Source of the DNA: Scyliorhinus canicula
Taxonomy: Eukaryota
Assembly (NCBI RefSeq): GCF_902713615.1
Contig: NC_052158.1
Coordinates: 39,113,729-39,177,728, forward strand
DNA length: 64,000 nt
Reading direction: 5' to 3'
Shown: piece after piece, positions 1 to 11,923 of the stretch
How the letters are laid out: every line of letters starts with the position of its first letter
Position numbering within the stretch: the first letter of the stretch is position 1
Translations under genes and position numbers: made by a program
The notes under the pieces: model-generated
Database searches by the model: none
What the model saw: only the letters and a program-made list of their open reading frames with translations
What the model was told of the DNA's origin: nothing

Positions 1-18
1 AGGCAAAATATTAAGATA

Positions 19-489
19 GTGGGCCTGCCAGAGGGGATAGAGGGTAGAAATCCCACAACATTCGTGGCTGCGATGCTGGGCTCCTTAGTGGGGCGGGAAA
101 CTTTTCCCACCCCACCGGAAATGGACAGAGCTCATCGGTCACTGCGCCCGAAGCCCAAGGAAGGGGAAAAACCGAGAGCAGTTATAGCCAGACTGCACCG
201 GTACCGGGATAGGGAGACAATCCTGCGCTGGGCCAAGGAGAATAGAGCCTGCAATTGGGACGGGCACGCCATCCGAATCTACGAGGATTTTGGAGCGGAC
301 ATAGCTAAGAGACGGGCGGAGTTCAACAGAGCGAAAGCAGCTCTCTATAAGAACAAAGTACGTTTTGGTATGCTGTACCCAGCAAAACTCTGGGTCACAT
401 ACCAACACAAGGAATATTTCTTTACAGCCCCTGCCGAGGCGAATAGATTCGTCGAGGAGCACGGGCTGGAAAAACGCCATGGGAAGTAG
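19..489 (+). CDS. L1 ORF1p, C-terminal part (RRM/CTD); 5'-incomplete
   Basis: Translation GLPEGIEG...DRAHRSLRPKP...RAVIARLHRYRDRETIL...IRIYEDF...FGMLYPAKL is typical of L1 ORF1; stop TAG at 487-489. Confidence 0.9.
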   Translation: MGLPEGIEGRNPTTFVAAMLGSLVGRETFPTPPEMDRAHRSLRPKPKEGEKPRAVIARLHRYRDRETILRWAKENRACNWDGHAIRIYEDFGADIAKRRAEFNRAKAALYKNKVRFGMLYPAKLWVTYQHKEYFFTAPAEANRFVEEHGLEKRHGK

Positions 490-1259
490 GGACGAGGGGC
501 CCATGGCAAGGAGATACGTCATGCCGACGGGGGGGTGGGGAGGGGCGAGGCAAAGCCAGCCCCCTCCCCCCTGGCAGGAACACCCAGGAAAAACAACCCA
601 ATGCCCAAGGGCCCGCTCCAGGTGGGAGGCCAGGCCCCGGCACGAGGGAACGGGAGTACTGGAGAGGGGAGAGGGGAAGCGGGACAGCAACCTCCGAGAG
701 GGGAGCCACCGTGCTAGCAGGAAAGCTAGCGAAGGGGGCGCGCAACAGAGCAGGGCCGCAGCGCACCCCCAACAGGGGGGAAGGCGCCAGGCAGGGGAGG
801 GGGGGGATCACCCATCAAAGGTGGGAGAGCAAATGGGGACAGGAATGGGGGAGAGAGGGGCAATGGAGGGGTACACAGGGGTATCCCCGAAAGGGATAGA
901 GCGGGGGGGGGGGGCACTCGGGGGGCGAGAGACCAGGGAGGGGAAATGCAGGGACGAAGGGACAAAAGAGGCCAGAAAGGGAATAGGGCCACAAAGTGCC
1001 ACAGACAAGGGCTCGAAACAGGGAACTGCTGCAAGCACCCACCCAGTACGGTCTGTGGGTGAAGGGGCCCCCCGGAGTGCAGGGGACTACCCGCGTGGCG
1101 GACACACAGTGGACGGCCATGGCGGGTGTCCCCGGGACAAGGGGGAACCCCGGAGCGCAGGGACCCGACCGCATGGGGAGAGCAGTGATAGTGGACATCC
1201 TGGACGGCCCCCTAACAAAGGGAAACCCCAGAGGGCAGGGGCGCGTCCACCGGACAAAT

Positions 1260-4200
1260 ATGGTTAACCCCACAGGAGCAAGGGGGCAGAAGCCCCCCAC
1301 CAGAATAGTCACCTGGAACGTAAGGGGACTTAACGGCCCAGTGAAGAGATCTAGAGTCCTCACCCACCTTAGAAACATGAGGGCCGACATAGTCTTCCTC
1401 CAAGAGACGCACTTGAGGGAGCAGGACCAACTGCGGGTAAGAAAGGGCTGGGTGGGACAAACCTATCATTCCTGTTATGGGGCAAGGGCCAGGGGGGTGG
1501 CGATCCTGATTGGCAAGAGGACAATGTTTAGGGCGACAAAGACGGTTACGGACCCAGGGGGACGGTATGTCATGGTCAGCGGGGCCCTGGATGGGGCGCC
1601 GGTAGTTCTAGTTAACGTGTACGCGCCCAACTGGGACGACACGAGCTTCATCCAAAAGACCATGGCAGAAATCCCGGACATAGCGACGCACCGACTAATC
1701 ATGGGGGGGGGACTTCAACTGTGTACAGGACCCAACGACGGACAGATCAAACCCCAGAACGGGGAAAACCTCAAACATGGCAAGGGAACTCAGTCACTAT
1801 ATGGAGCAGATTGGAGCAGTAGACCCCTGGAGATTCGCCCACCCGGGGGAGAAAGAATTCTCTTTCTTCTCCCCAGTACACAACGTGTACACCAGAATTG
1901 ACTTCTTTGTGGTGGGGAAAACGGTGCTTCCAGAGATAGACAAGGTGGAATACTCCGCAATTGTGATATCAGACCACGCTCCACACTACATGGATGTGCG
2001 GCTAGAGACGGGAAGGGCCCAGCGCCCCAAATGGAGGTTGGACGGTACCTTACTAGCTGACAAGGCCTTCAGCGAAAGGATAGCGCAGGCCATAGCGGAG
2101 TACACTGAGATCAACCAAAACGGGGAGGTCTCACCCTCCACGTTCTGGGAAGCGCTTAAGGCCGTACTAAGAGGGGAAATCATAGCCTACAAAGCGCAAA
2201 GAGATAGGGAGGAAAGGGTGGCTAGGCAGAAGCTGGTCGACTCCATACTGGAGGTAGACCATAAATACTCCGAGGCCCCGACCGTAGAACTCCTGGCGGA
2301 GAGGAAAGAATTACAAAGGAACTTTGACCTGCTCTCCACCAGGAAAGCAGTACACCAACTCCGCCAGGCACGCGGGGCCCTATACGAACACGGAGACAAA
2401 GCCAGCCGCCTGTTGGCCCACCAGCTGAGAAAGCAGGCAGCCAGCAGAGAAATTGCGCAAATCAGAGATACCAGAGGCACGTTGGAAACAGAACCAGAGA
2501 GGATTAACAAAACCTTCAAGGCCTTCTACCAAGAGCTGTACACCTCAGAGCCCCCAATGGGGAAGGCTGGGATGAACCGGTTTCTTGATGGACTGGACAT
2601 ACCAGTTGTGGGAGAGGGCAGAAAACGGGATCTGGAAGCACCACTAGCACTGGGAGAGATCATGGACAGCATTAGCTCCATGCAGGCGGGGAAGGCGCCG
2701 GGACCGGACGGATTCCCGGCGGACTTCTACAAAAAATTTGCGACAGCGCTGGCCCCGCACCTGCGGGAGATGTTCACAGACTCGCTAGCTAGGGGCACGT
2801 TGCCACCCACGTTAGCACAGGCCTCAATCTCGCTGATACCTAAGAAAGACAAAGACCCAACGGAATGTGGGTCATACAGACCCATATCTCTGCTGAATGC
2901 AGACGCCAAAATACTGGCCAAAATCCTAGCCAAGAGGCTAGAAGACTGTGTACCTGAGGTGGTCACAGAGGACCAGACGGGCTTTGTCAAAGGTAGACAG
3001 CTTACCGCGAACATCAGGCGCCTGCTGAACGTGATAATGACCCCCTCCGGGGAGAGAACACAAGAGGTGATCGTCTCCCTGGGCGCAGAAAAGGCCTTCG
3101 ACAGAGTCGAGTGGAAATACCTCATAGAGGTACTGGAGCGGTTCGGGCTTGGAACAGGGTTCACCGCTTGGGTAAAGCTCCTGTACAACGCTCCCATGGC
3201 GAGTGTACAGACCAACAATACCAACTCCCAATACTTCCAGCTGCACAGGGGCACCAGACAAGGATGCCCACTGTCCCCGCTGCTGTTCGCACTAGCAATT
3301 GAACCGCTAGCAATCGCGCTCAGGGCAGCAAAAAATTGGAGGGGGATCCGAAGGGGAGGTAGAGAGCACAGAGTCTCACTCTATGCGGATGATCTGCTCC
3401 TCTATATCTCGGACCCACAAAGCAGCATGGACGGAATCATCGCGCTCCTGAAAGAGTTTGGAGCCTTCTCGGGCTACAAACTCAACATGAGCAAAAGTGA
3501 GATCTTCCCAGTACACCCGCAAGGGGGGGGGGGGGGGCAGCACTAAAGGGGCTGCCGTTCAATCAAGCCCGACATAAATTCCGCTACCTGGGGATCCAAA
3601 TAGCCCATGACTGGAAAGGGATCCACAAATGGAACCTCACCAGCCTGACGGAGGAAGTTAAAAAGGACCTGCAAAGATGGAACACACTCCCGCTCTCCCT
3701 TGCGGGGAGAGTTCAGACGATCAAAATGAACGTACTGCCCAGGTTCCTCTTCCTGTTTAGATCCATTCCGATCTACATCCCCAAGGCCTTTTTCAAAGCG
3801 CTGGACAAACTCATCATGGCGTTCGTATGGGGGGGTAAAAATGCTAGGATCCCAAAGAAGGTCTTACAAAAAACAAAAACCAGGGGAGGGCTAGCCCTCC
3901 CGAATCTACAATTCTACCACTGGGCAGCAACAGCCGAGCGAGTAAGGGGATGGATCCAGGAGCCAGAAGCTGAGTGGGTGCGTGCGGAGGAGGCCTCCTG
4001 CATGGGAACCTCCCTCCGGGCCCTCGCCACGGCAGCACTCCCATCCCCACCCAAAAAACACTCCAGCAGCCCAGTGGTGACAGCCACCCTCCAATCCTGG
4101 AACCAACTGCGGCAGCAACTTGGCTTGACCAAAATGTCGAACAGGGCTCCCATCTGCAACAACCATAGGTTCACACCAGCACTGACTGACGCCACCTTCA

Positions 4201-5090
4201 AAAGGTGGAGGCAGGACGGGGGGACACTGACAGTCAGGGACCTATACACGGACGACAGGATCGCAACACTGGACGAACTGACAGAGAAATTTCAGCTAGC
4301 TAGGGGGAACGAGCTACGGTACCTGCAGCTCAAAAACTTCCTACGAAAGGAGACAAGGACGTACCCACAACCGCCACGACAGACACTACTGGAAGACCTA
4401 CTGGACGCAAGTATCCTAGAGAAAGGGAACTGTAGTGACATGTATGACCGACTGGTAGATAGGGACGACACCGTACTGGACGCAACAAGAAGGAAATGGG
4501 AGGACGACCTGGGGATGGAGATAGGGTGGGGACTCTGGAGCGAAGCACTGCATAGGGTCAACTCCACCTCCACGTGCGCAAGGCTCAGCCTGACGCAACT
4601 AAAAGTGGTACATAGAGCCCACTTAACAAGAACCCGTATGAGTAGGTTCTTCCCGGAGGTGGAAGACAGATATGAACGGTGCCAAAGAGGCCCGGCCAAC
4701 CACGCCCACATGTTCTGGTCTTGCCCCAGACTCGTGGAGTACTGGACAGCCTTCTTCGAGGTTATGTCCAAAGTGGTGGGAGTGAGGGTGGAGCCATGCC
4801 CGATAGTGGCGGTCTTCGGGGTTTCAGAACAGCCAGATCTATTCCTGGGGAGGAGGGCGGACGCCCTTGCCTTTGCCTCCCTAATCGCCCGCCGTAGAAT
4901 CCTGTTTGGCTGGCGGTCAGCAGCACCGCCCAGAGCTGCGGACTGGCTGTCCGACCTCTCGGAATCTCTCCAAATGGAGAAAATCAAATTTGCCATCCGA
5001 GGGTCGGACGACGGCTTCCACAGAACGTGGGAGCCATTCATGCAACTGTTCCGGGACCTATTTGTGGCCAATGTACAAGAGGAAGAATAG
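1260..5090 (+). pseudogene. L1 ORF2p (EN-RT-CCHC), disrupted
   Basis: ATG at 1260. The ORF is split by frameshifts in G-runs at 1703-1711 (IMGGDFN) and 3523-3537. The RT motif reads SLGAEKAF (GGC at 3082-3084 instead of Asp), and the zinc knuckle starts YERC (TAT at 4671-4673) instead of CERC. Confidence 0.92.
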
Positions 5091-5361
5091 TCGGGGGAAG
5101 GTGGGGGGGGGGGGGGGGGGGCTACAGGTTCGGTACGGGGGTTCGATGGCTAGCTAAGGCCCAAAACCAAACTAAATAAACATGTTGAGGGGGGGGGGGG
5201 GGGGGGGGGGCGCAGTTACTACTACGAAGATGCTTACCTGTAAATATGTATGTTAATTTTTGCGTGTTTGTTTGTTTTTTTTTGTTTTTTTTTCTCTCCT
5301 AACAATTTGTAATTTGTTCAATATAAAATATGAAAACTGAATAAAAACATTTACAAAAAAA

Positions 5362-5442
5362 AATAAACGAATATTCGTTACCAACGTGTTTGAGTGTTTT
5401 ACTTCTGGACTGACGGACGGCTATGTGAAAGCGCAATTCACA
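5362..5442 (+). mobile_element. 3' remnant of an LTR (same family as the solo LTR at 11924-12509)
   Basis: AATAAACGAATATTCGTTA...GACTGACGGACGGCTATGTGAAAGCGCAATTCACA closely matches the reverse complement of 11924-12004 and ends in CA. Confidence 0.75.
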
Positions 5443-5534
5443 ACTCCAAGGGAATTGTATCAGTGTGCGGTCATTCCATTTGGATTTAAAAATGTACCAG
5501 CAACACTCCAATGACTTAGGTAACATGTAGTGGC

Positions 5535-5850
5535 TGAGCATGGAACATACAATGCAGAAGGAGGCCATTCGACTCATGGAGTCTGCACCGACCCACTTAA
5601 GCCCTCACTTCCACCCTATCCCCGCAACCCAATAACCCCTCCTAATCTTTTTGGACACTAAGGGCAATTTATCATGGCCAATCCATCTAACCTCCCTCGA
5701 CTGTGGGAGGAAATCGGAGCACCCGGAGGAAACCCACACAGACACGGGGAGAATGTGCAGACTCCGCACAGACAGTGACCCAAGCCGGAATCGAACCTGG
5801 GACCCTGGCGCTGTGAAGCCACAGTGCTATCCACTTGTGCTACCGTACTG
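5535..5850 (-). mobile_element. tRNA-derived V-SINE (HE1-like)
   Basis: Reverse strand has a tRNA-like head (GTAGCACAAGTGGATAGCAC / GGTTCGATTCC boxes), the central GGGTTTCCTCCGGGTGCTCCG domain and a CR1-like tail. Confidence 0.85.
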
Positions 5851-6079
5851 TAATGTCTAACTGTGTGATCTAGTTGGACGCTGTACTGGTTTGCAGTAAC
5901 ACGTGGAACAATTGAGGAAGTTATTCAAAAACTGCAATTGGTCGATTTAGACATCAATTTGGCCAAAAGAAAGTTCGGCAAAGCAAATGTGAGCATGTTG
6001 TGGGACAGGGAAAGAGAGTGGTACACAGAACGGCAAGGTAAAGACGTTACTAAATTTCCCGTTCCCAAAACCAAGTGGG

Positions 6080-7010
6080 AGATTGAGGTTCCTGGGCATG
6101 TGTGGATTATATAGGAAATTTGTACCCAACTTCAAGTACCACAGCGGTTGACCAACGTATTTTGGAAACAAGCCAAAATGGAATCATTTGCAAAATGCCA
6201 GAGCAGCGATTTCCACCTTTGAATCTGCATTTGGAGAGGCAGGGATTAATCAAGAACATCAGCATGGTTTTGTTAAGGGGAGGTGCAAGTTAGGTGGATT
6301 GGCCATGATAAATTGCCCTTAGTGTCCAAAATTGCCCTTAGTGTTGGGTGGGGTTACTGAGTTATGGGGATAGGGTGGAGGTGTTAACCTTGGGTAGGGG
6401 GTAGGGTGCTCTTTACAAGAGCCAGTGCAGACTCGATGGGCCGAATGGCCTCCTTCTGCACTGTAAATTCTATGATAAATTCTGTCTGACCAACTTGATT
6501 GAAGTTTGAGAAGAGGTGACCCGGTGTGTAGATGAGGGAAATGCATTTGACGTAGTTGACTTGTACTTCAGCAAGGCTTTTGAGAAGGTTCCACATGGGA
6601 GACTGTAGCAAAGGTTAAAAACCCCTGGAATCCAAGGAAAGTTGGATCCAAAATTGGCAGAGTGGCAGGAAGCAGAGGGTGATGGTCGAGGGGTGTTTTT
6701 CTGACTGGAAGCCTGTGTCCGGTGGGTTCCGGCAGGGATCAGTGTTGGGGCCCTTGCTGTTTGTGATTTATATATGAATGTAGGAGGGTTGGTGAAGTTT
6801 GCGGGTGATATGAAAATGGGTGGGGAGGGGGTGGTAAATAGCCCGAGATTACAGACCGGGGGGGGCACAGATTTCAGGTCAAGGGCAGGAGATGTAGGGT
6901 GGATGTGAGGGAAAGCTTTTACACCCTGAGGGTGTTGGAAGTTTGGAAGTCGCTGCCTGAAAGGGGGCATTAACTCGTGTGATTCCAGAGGCTCCAAGGT
7001 GACTTCCATG
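6080..7010 (+). mobile_element. Degraded CR1 LINE RT fragments with an embedded SINE 3' half (about 6288-6475)
   Basis: CR1-like remnants (TTCAGCAAGGCTTTTGAGAAGGTTCCACAT, GGATCAGTGTTGGGGCCCTTGCTGTTT) and the SINE tail GATGGGCCGAATGGCCTCCTTCTGCACTG. Confidence 0.7.
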
Positions 7011-7152
7011 GGCTGAGGTTTTCCTGGGAATACTGGATATGTTACAAGCACCTGTCCATAAATATGATTCAATATGTGTGGAAGAGGGACCACCCACAGT
7101 ACATACAGGCAGCAGGATGAGAGTTGGGAAATATACATCACCTCCCTCTTAC

Positions 7153-7566
7153 CTTGTACTTTCTCACTGCATCCGCCACGGGCAGGAAGCTGTGCTGGGA
7201 ATGTGCGGGGGAATCTCTGCAAATCACACAGATCAGTGCGTGATCGTCCTCACAGAACAGTTTCAGCTTCTCCCCATGTTCCTCACACTGAGAGACCACC
7301 GCCTCTGGCTCCAGTGTCAGCTCCAGCTGCCTGGCTTTCTCACACAGGTTGGCCAACACCCTGGCACTGGTGCAGTTTCTCTGGGGAAGAACCTGCCGAC
7401 ATTCCGGGCAGGAAACCTCTTCCCCTTGGTTTTCCCAACACTTCTGGATACAGGATTTACAAAAGTTGTGATCACAGTCCAGTCGCACCGGCTCCACAAA
7501 CAGAGACAGGCAGACAGAGCAGGTTAACTCCTCAGTCAGGCTTAAGATGTGTTTACTGGCGGCCAT
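7153..7566 (-). CDS. TRIM-family E3 ligase (TRIM39/A33-like), first coding exon: RING + B-box2; downstream exons presumably left of the window
   Basis: MAASKHILSLTEELTC-x2-C...C-x-H-x2-C-x2-C...C-x2-C forms a C3HC4 RING, followed by the B-box CEEH...FCEDD...ICVIC...H..H. The 414-nt exon is open and ends in phase 0 at the donor AAG|GTAAGA (7152-7151). Confidence 0.93.
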
Positions 7567-7592
7567 CTCTCCGTTGCTGCCGCTCAATTTAA

Positions 7593-7606
7593 TTTCAGTT
7601 TCACTT
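7593..7606 (-). promoter_or_regulatory. ISRE/IRF element in the TRIM proximal promoter or 5' UTR
   Basis: Minus strand AAGTGAAACTGAAA (GAAA-NN-GAAA) lies about 27-40 nt before the ATG. Further AAGTGA(A) repeats at about 7620 and a CCAAT box at about 7652. Confidence 0.6.
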
Positions 7607-8089
7607 CTTCCAGTTTATTTCACTTCATTGACCTCTTAAAGAGGTAAACCGATTGGGCCACCGCCATTCAATTTAATTTGCTTTTTTGTCAGTTACACAG
7701 CTCAGTAACAGAATGGACATCTCCACAGGTCGGCTATGACATTGAGAGCACATATTCTTCAAAAGGTTTTTTAAAAAAAAGTCTTCAAATTTTTATTCCG
7801 TTCTTAAAAGTTACAAAGCCAATGCCCAGATTGGACAGGGCAAGCCCTTAATCTATCTCCTTTGTTTCCTCTAAAAAAAATTAAATTAAAATTAAATCCA
7901 ATTCATGGTCTCCACAAGATCCTAGCTGACAAGAACTGGCATCGCTCCTCGGCTTGACCTCAGCCAAAAGACCAGAAGGGATCTCAAAAGGCATGGCAAC
8001 CAGAGGGTAACCTTCTGGACCCCCCATCCTCACCACCCTGCCTGCCGCAGACTCATCTGTCCATGGCCCTTTAGCATTTGTTTTTTGGT

Positions 8090-8378
8090 AGTCATAGAAC
8101 CCCTACAGTGCAGAAAGAGGCCATTCAGCCCATCAACTCTGCACTGATCCTCCAAAAGAGTGCCCTACCTAGGTCCATTCCCCTGACCTATCCCAGTAAC
8201 CACACCTAACAGTTTTGGACAGTAAGGGCAATTTAGCATGGCCAATCCACCTAGTTGTACATTTTTGGACTGTGGGAGGAAACCGGAGCACCCGGAGGAA
8301 ACCCACGCCGACACTGAATAAAACTCCACACAGTCAGCCATGGCTAGAATTGAACCCAGCTCCCTGGAACTGAGCCAT
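8090..8378 (-). mobile_element. V-SINE (HE1-like)
   Basis: Same head, central domain and tail as the other copies. Confidence 0.8.
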
Positions 8379-8379
8379 A

Positions 8380-10790
8380 GTGGTACTCCCCCCACCCTTG
8401 TTTTTGGCATTCCCTTGGTGTCTTGGTCTATTTTGCCTTAGTTGCTTGTGCTTGCCCTGGTGGGGCCCTCGGCCCTGTAACTCCATGGGTCCCCTACCCC
8501 CATCTGCTCCAAAAATGGCCCTCGCTCTCCAGCTATGTTTGCCATTTCCCCCGTTTTGGGGATTGACCTGTCCGTCAGCGGGCCCTGTACACAGTTAAAG
8601 CCCCCTCCCGTGATTGATCAGTGCCTATCCAAGTTGGGGATTTCCGCCATGGTCTTCTTTACAAATTCAGTGTCATCCCAGTTGGAAGTGGCACGTTCAC
8701 CAGGACAGTCGGTGCCCCATCCAGTACACCGCTGACCATGACGTACCGTCCCCCTGGGTCTGTAACCATCTTTTTTATACATTTAGAGTACCCAATTATT
8801 TTTTTTCTTACCTGCAGTCGGTCCTTCTCCATCAGGTGTGTCTCTTGTGGGAAGAGTATGTCAGCTTTCATACTTTTCAGGTGGGCAAAGACTCTGGATT
8901 ATCCCACTGGGCCGTTAAATTCCCTGACGTTCCAGGTGACTATTCTGATTCAGGGTTATTGCCCCCCCTCCTGTGGGATCAAACATACTTATCTTGTGGA
9001 TGCGCCCCTGCACTCCGGGGTTTCCATTTATTAGGGGGCTATCCAAAATGGCCGTGGCCACCGTGAGGCCGGGCTCCTGCGCTCCAGGGTTTCCCTTTGT
9101 TCAGGATCCACCCAACATGGTGGCCAACTGTGTGCATGCCATGTGGGTGAACCCCTGCACTCCGAGGCTTCCGTCTGTTTGGGGACCCTTCAAAGTGGCT
9201 GTTTGCAGTGTCATCTTGTTTCCTGTTGCCACAAGTGGTCTGTTCAAGCCAGTCTACAATCCTTTCCCCCCCCCCCCCCCCTCCCATATTGTTCTGTTCC
9301 CCTTGTGGCTTTGCTTCCACCCTCCTTCTGCTAACCCTCCATCCCACTGTTTCCCTCCCCCTATTCTCCACCCCTGCCTTCCTTCATAGTTTCCCCTCCC
9401 CACTTGGAAGTGCACGCCCCGCCCCTTGCCAGGCACTCTCTCCCTGGTGGGAGATGCAGCCCCTCTCCTCACTCATACCTCTTGGTGCTAGCTTTCCCGC
9501 TAGTGTGGTGACCCCCCCCCCCCCCCCTAGGTTTGGTCTGACCCCCTCCTATGCCCGCTAAGTTGGTTCCCTCTCTGTATCCTCCTCACCCTCTCCTGCT
9601 CTCTGCTGCTCTCGCCTCCTCTATTCTGTGAACTGGTTGCCCTGTTTTAACAAGGCGGTTCAGTCTGTGTAAATTGTTCATTGGTTTTCTCTGCCTCCTC
9701 TGTGTCCGCCTCATCGCTGCCTCCCTTGTTGTTTGTCCAGTCCGTTCTTTTGGCCAAACTCATCCACATCTGAAGGAGTGGTAAAATCGTGTTCACTGTT
9801 CTGACATGTTACCCAGACTCTGGCTGGTACAGCATCCCAAACCTGATGTTGTTTTTGCAGTGAACCAACTGTGCCCTGTTAAATTCTGCCCCCTGCTTTG
9901 CCAGAACATTCCCAAAATCCTGGTACACCCTGATCCTGTCTCCTGCCCAGCTACAGGCCTTCGTTTGCCTGACCCAATGTCGGATTCTCTCCCGGTCTTG
10001 GTACAGGTGAAGCCTGGCAATGATCGCTCTCGATTGTTCACCTGCCTTGGGTTTCGGCCGGAGTAACCTATGGGCCCTGTCAATCTCTGGTGGATTGGGG
10101 AAGCTGCCTCGCCCCACCAGGTTCCCCAACATCTGGGCCACCCTGCCCTCGGTTCCTTCTGGCAGGAACACTATCCTGATGGTCTGACGTCTTGATCAAT
10201 TTTCCTGGTCCACCACCTTCCCCTTCAGGACCCCCTGGGTCGCTACCAACCTCTTTATTTTGGTGTCCAGGGCGATGATCTGGTCACTCTGCTCCATCGA
10301 AGCTTCCTCCAGCTCCTTTCATGTGTTCCCTGGGCCTCTAGCCTATTTCCCATTTTGTCAAGGGCCACCTCCATGGTGACCAGCGCTTCTATCACTGCCA
10401 CCTTGACCGCCGCTTTGATTTCCGTCTTTAACTCCTCCTTCATATCTTTCAGTTTCCTCGTGAGGAATATCTTCCATCCATCCTATGGCGGGGTGGGGGA
10501 GAGCTTGTTTTCCGGGTCATCTGTCTCCCGCTCTCGGGAGTGGCCATGGGTCCGCTGGCCTGCTCGCTCGTCGCTCCTGTCCTTTGCTGCCATTTAGGGT
10601 GTCTTGTGATCTCTGGAGCTGCTGCTTCCTGGAATCTCTGTTGAGCCTTGTATTGTTGAGGGTGAGGGGATGTTTTAGTCCGGTTTTTGTTGGCAAATTA
10701 TGGCTAAAAGTGTGTATTATCTTGTCCTTTGGAGGAGAGCCACCTGATGTGCGACTGCTCAGCACAATCCCGTCACCGAAGTCGTGGATT
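8380..10790 (-). mobile_element. L1 copy B: 5' UTR, degraded ORF1, inter-ORF region and endonuclease start; 3' part missing
   Basis: ORF1 ATG at 10593 and EIDRAHRLLRPKPK motif; ORF2 ATG at 8986 followed by RIVTWNVR and FPQETH. Clear homology to copy A, with many indels. Confidence 0.88.
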
Positions 10791-11923
10791 GAGGTTTTTG
10801 GATGTTCAGGGTGGGCATGTTGATATGCGGAATTGTTTGGGATCCTTGTTCATGTTTGCATTTTTCTGTTCTTGTTTGGGTTGCATTTTTTGCAAGTTGA
10901 ACTTGGGTAGTGGGTTTAATTCCATGTGCGTTTTTGCTCTATTTGTTCTACGTTGTGAAAGTATATAGCTCCCTTTTGGAGTACTATGTTTTTAGGGCTT
11001 TTTATACTTGGTGTCTTTTTTCTGTAAGCATTTTCCTTTACTCTGGGTGGGAGCCGCCCTGCTGACTGAAGAGTTAGTTAACGAGAGCGGTGCTGAGGGG
11101 TTAACCGCAGCCATTATATTTGTTCTATTTTTGATAACCTTAGTATTTTTGTTCTGTTTGGGGGTCAGTTTTAATAATAATAATAATTTTTATTCGTGTC
11201 ACAAGTAGACTTACATTAACACTGCAATGAAGTTACTATGAAAATCCCCTCGTCGCCACACTCCGCCGACTGTTCGGGGACACTTAGGGAGAATTCAGAA
11301 CGTCCAATTCACCTAACAAGCGCGTCTTTCAGGACTCGTGCTCCAGTTTCCTCCCACCTGGATTTCAGACCATGACCCACATTTTGTTGATTTAGCACTG
11401 GAGTCAGGTCCCTCCCAGCATGGAGATTGGAACCGCATTATTAGTGGACAATAGATTCTGTGAACGCCATTGTGAAATATATAAAATCCAATAAAAGTGA
11501 GTCTATCTCACCTTCTATGCTCTGGGAAGCCCTGAAGGTGGTAATCAGGGGGGAGGGGAGATGATTTCCAACAAAGTGCACATGGCAAAGACAGCGAGGG
11601 GGAAGCGTCAGAGGCTGGTGGACTCCATCTATGAGGTGGGCCATCAATACTCACTTGCCCCAATCCCGGAGTTGCTGGCTAGTAGGAAAAAGCAGCAGAC
11701 AGAATTTGAACGGATAAGGCGGTGGGCCGGCTGGGACATTTGAAGGGGCAATTTTATGAACACAGGGAGAGGGCCAGTCGCTGTTTAACGCACCAGCTGA
11801 GTAGGCAGGTGGCTTCCCAGGAGATTGTAGACTCAATTGTAGTCCAAAGATGTAGAGGTTAGGTGGATTGGCCATGCAAAATTGCCCTTAGTGTCCAAAA
11901 AAGGTGAGGAGGGGTTATTGTGT

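Larger units (their letters stand above)
1..5363 (+). mobile_element. L1-clade LINE (copy A), near full length, 5' end outside the window
   Basis: ORF1 C-terminal half (EMDRAHRSL...VIARLHRY). ORF2 has an APE endonuclease (IVTWNVRGLN, FLQETH, VNVYAPN), RT (GTRQGCPLSP, LYADD) and C-terminal domain. 3' UTR has poly-G tracts, AATAAA near 5340 and an A-tail at 5355-5363. Confidence 0.95.

Noticed and set aside
996-1259. Collagen-like N-terminal extension of ORF2 (GPPG...GNPGAQGP)
   Set aside because: Gly-X-Y periodicity is not sustained; it is a by-product of the GC-rich 78-bp repeats, and the ORF call uses a GTG start.
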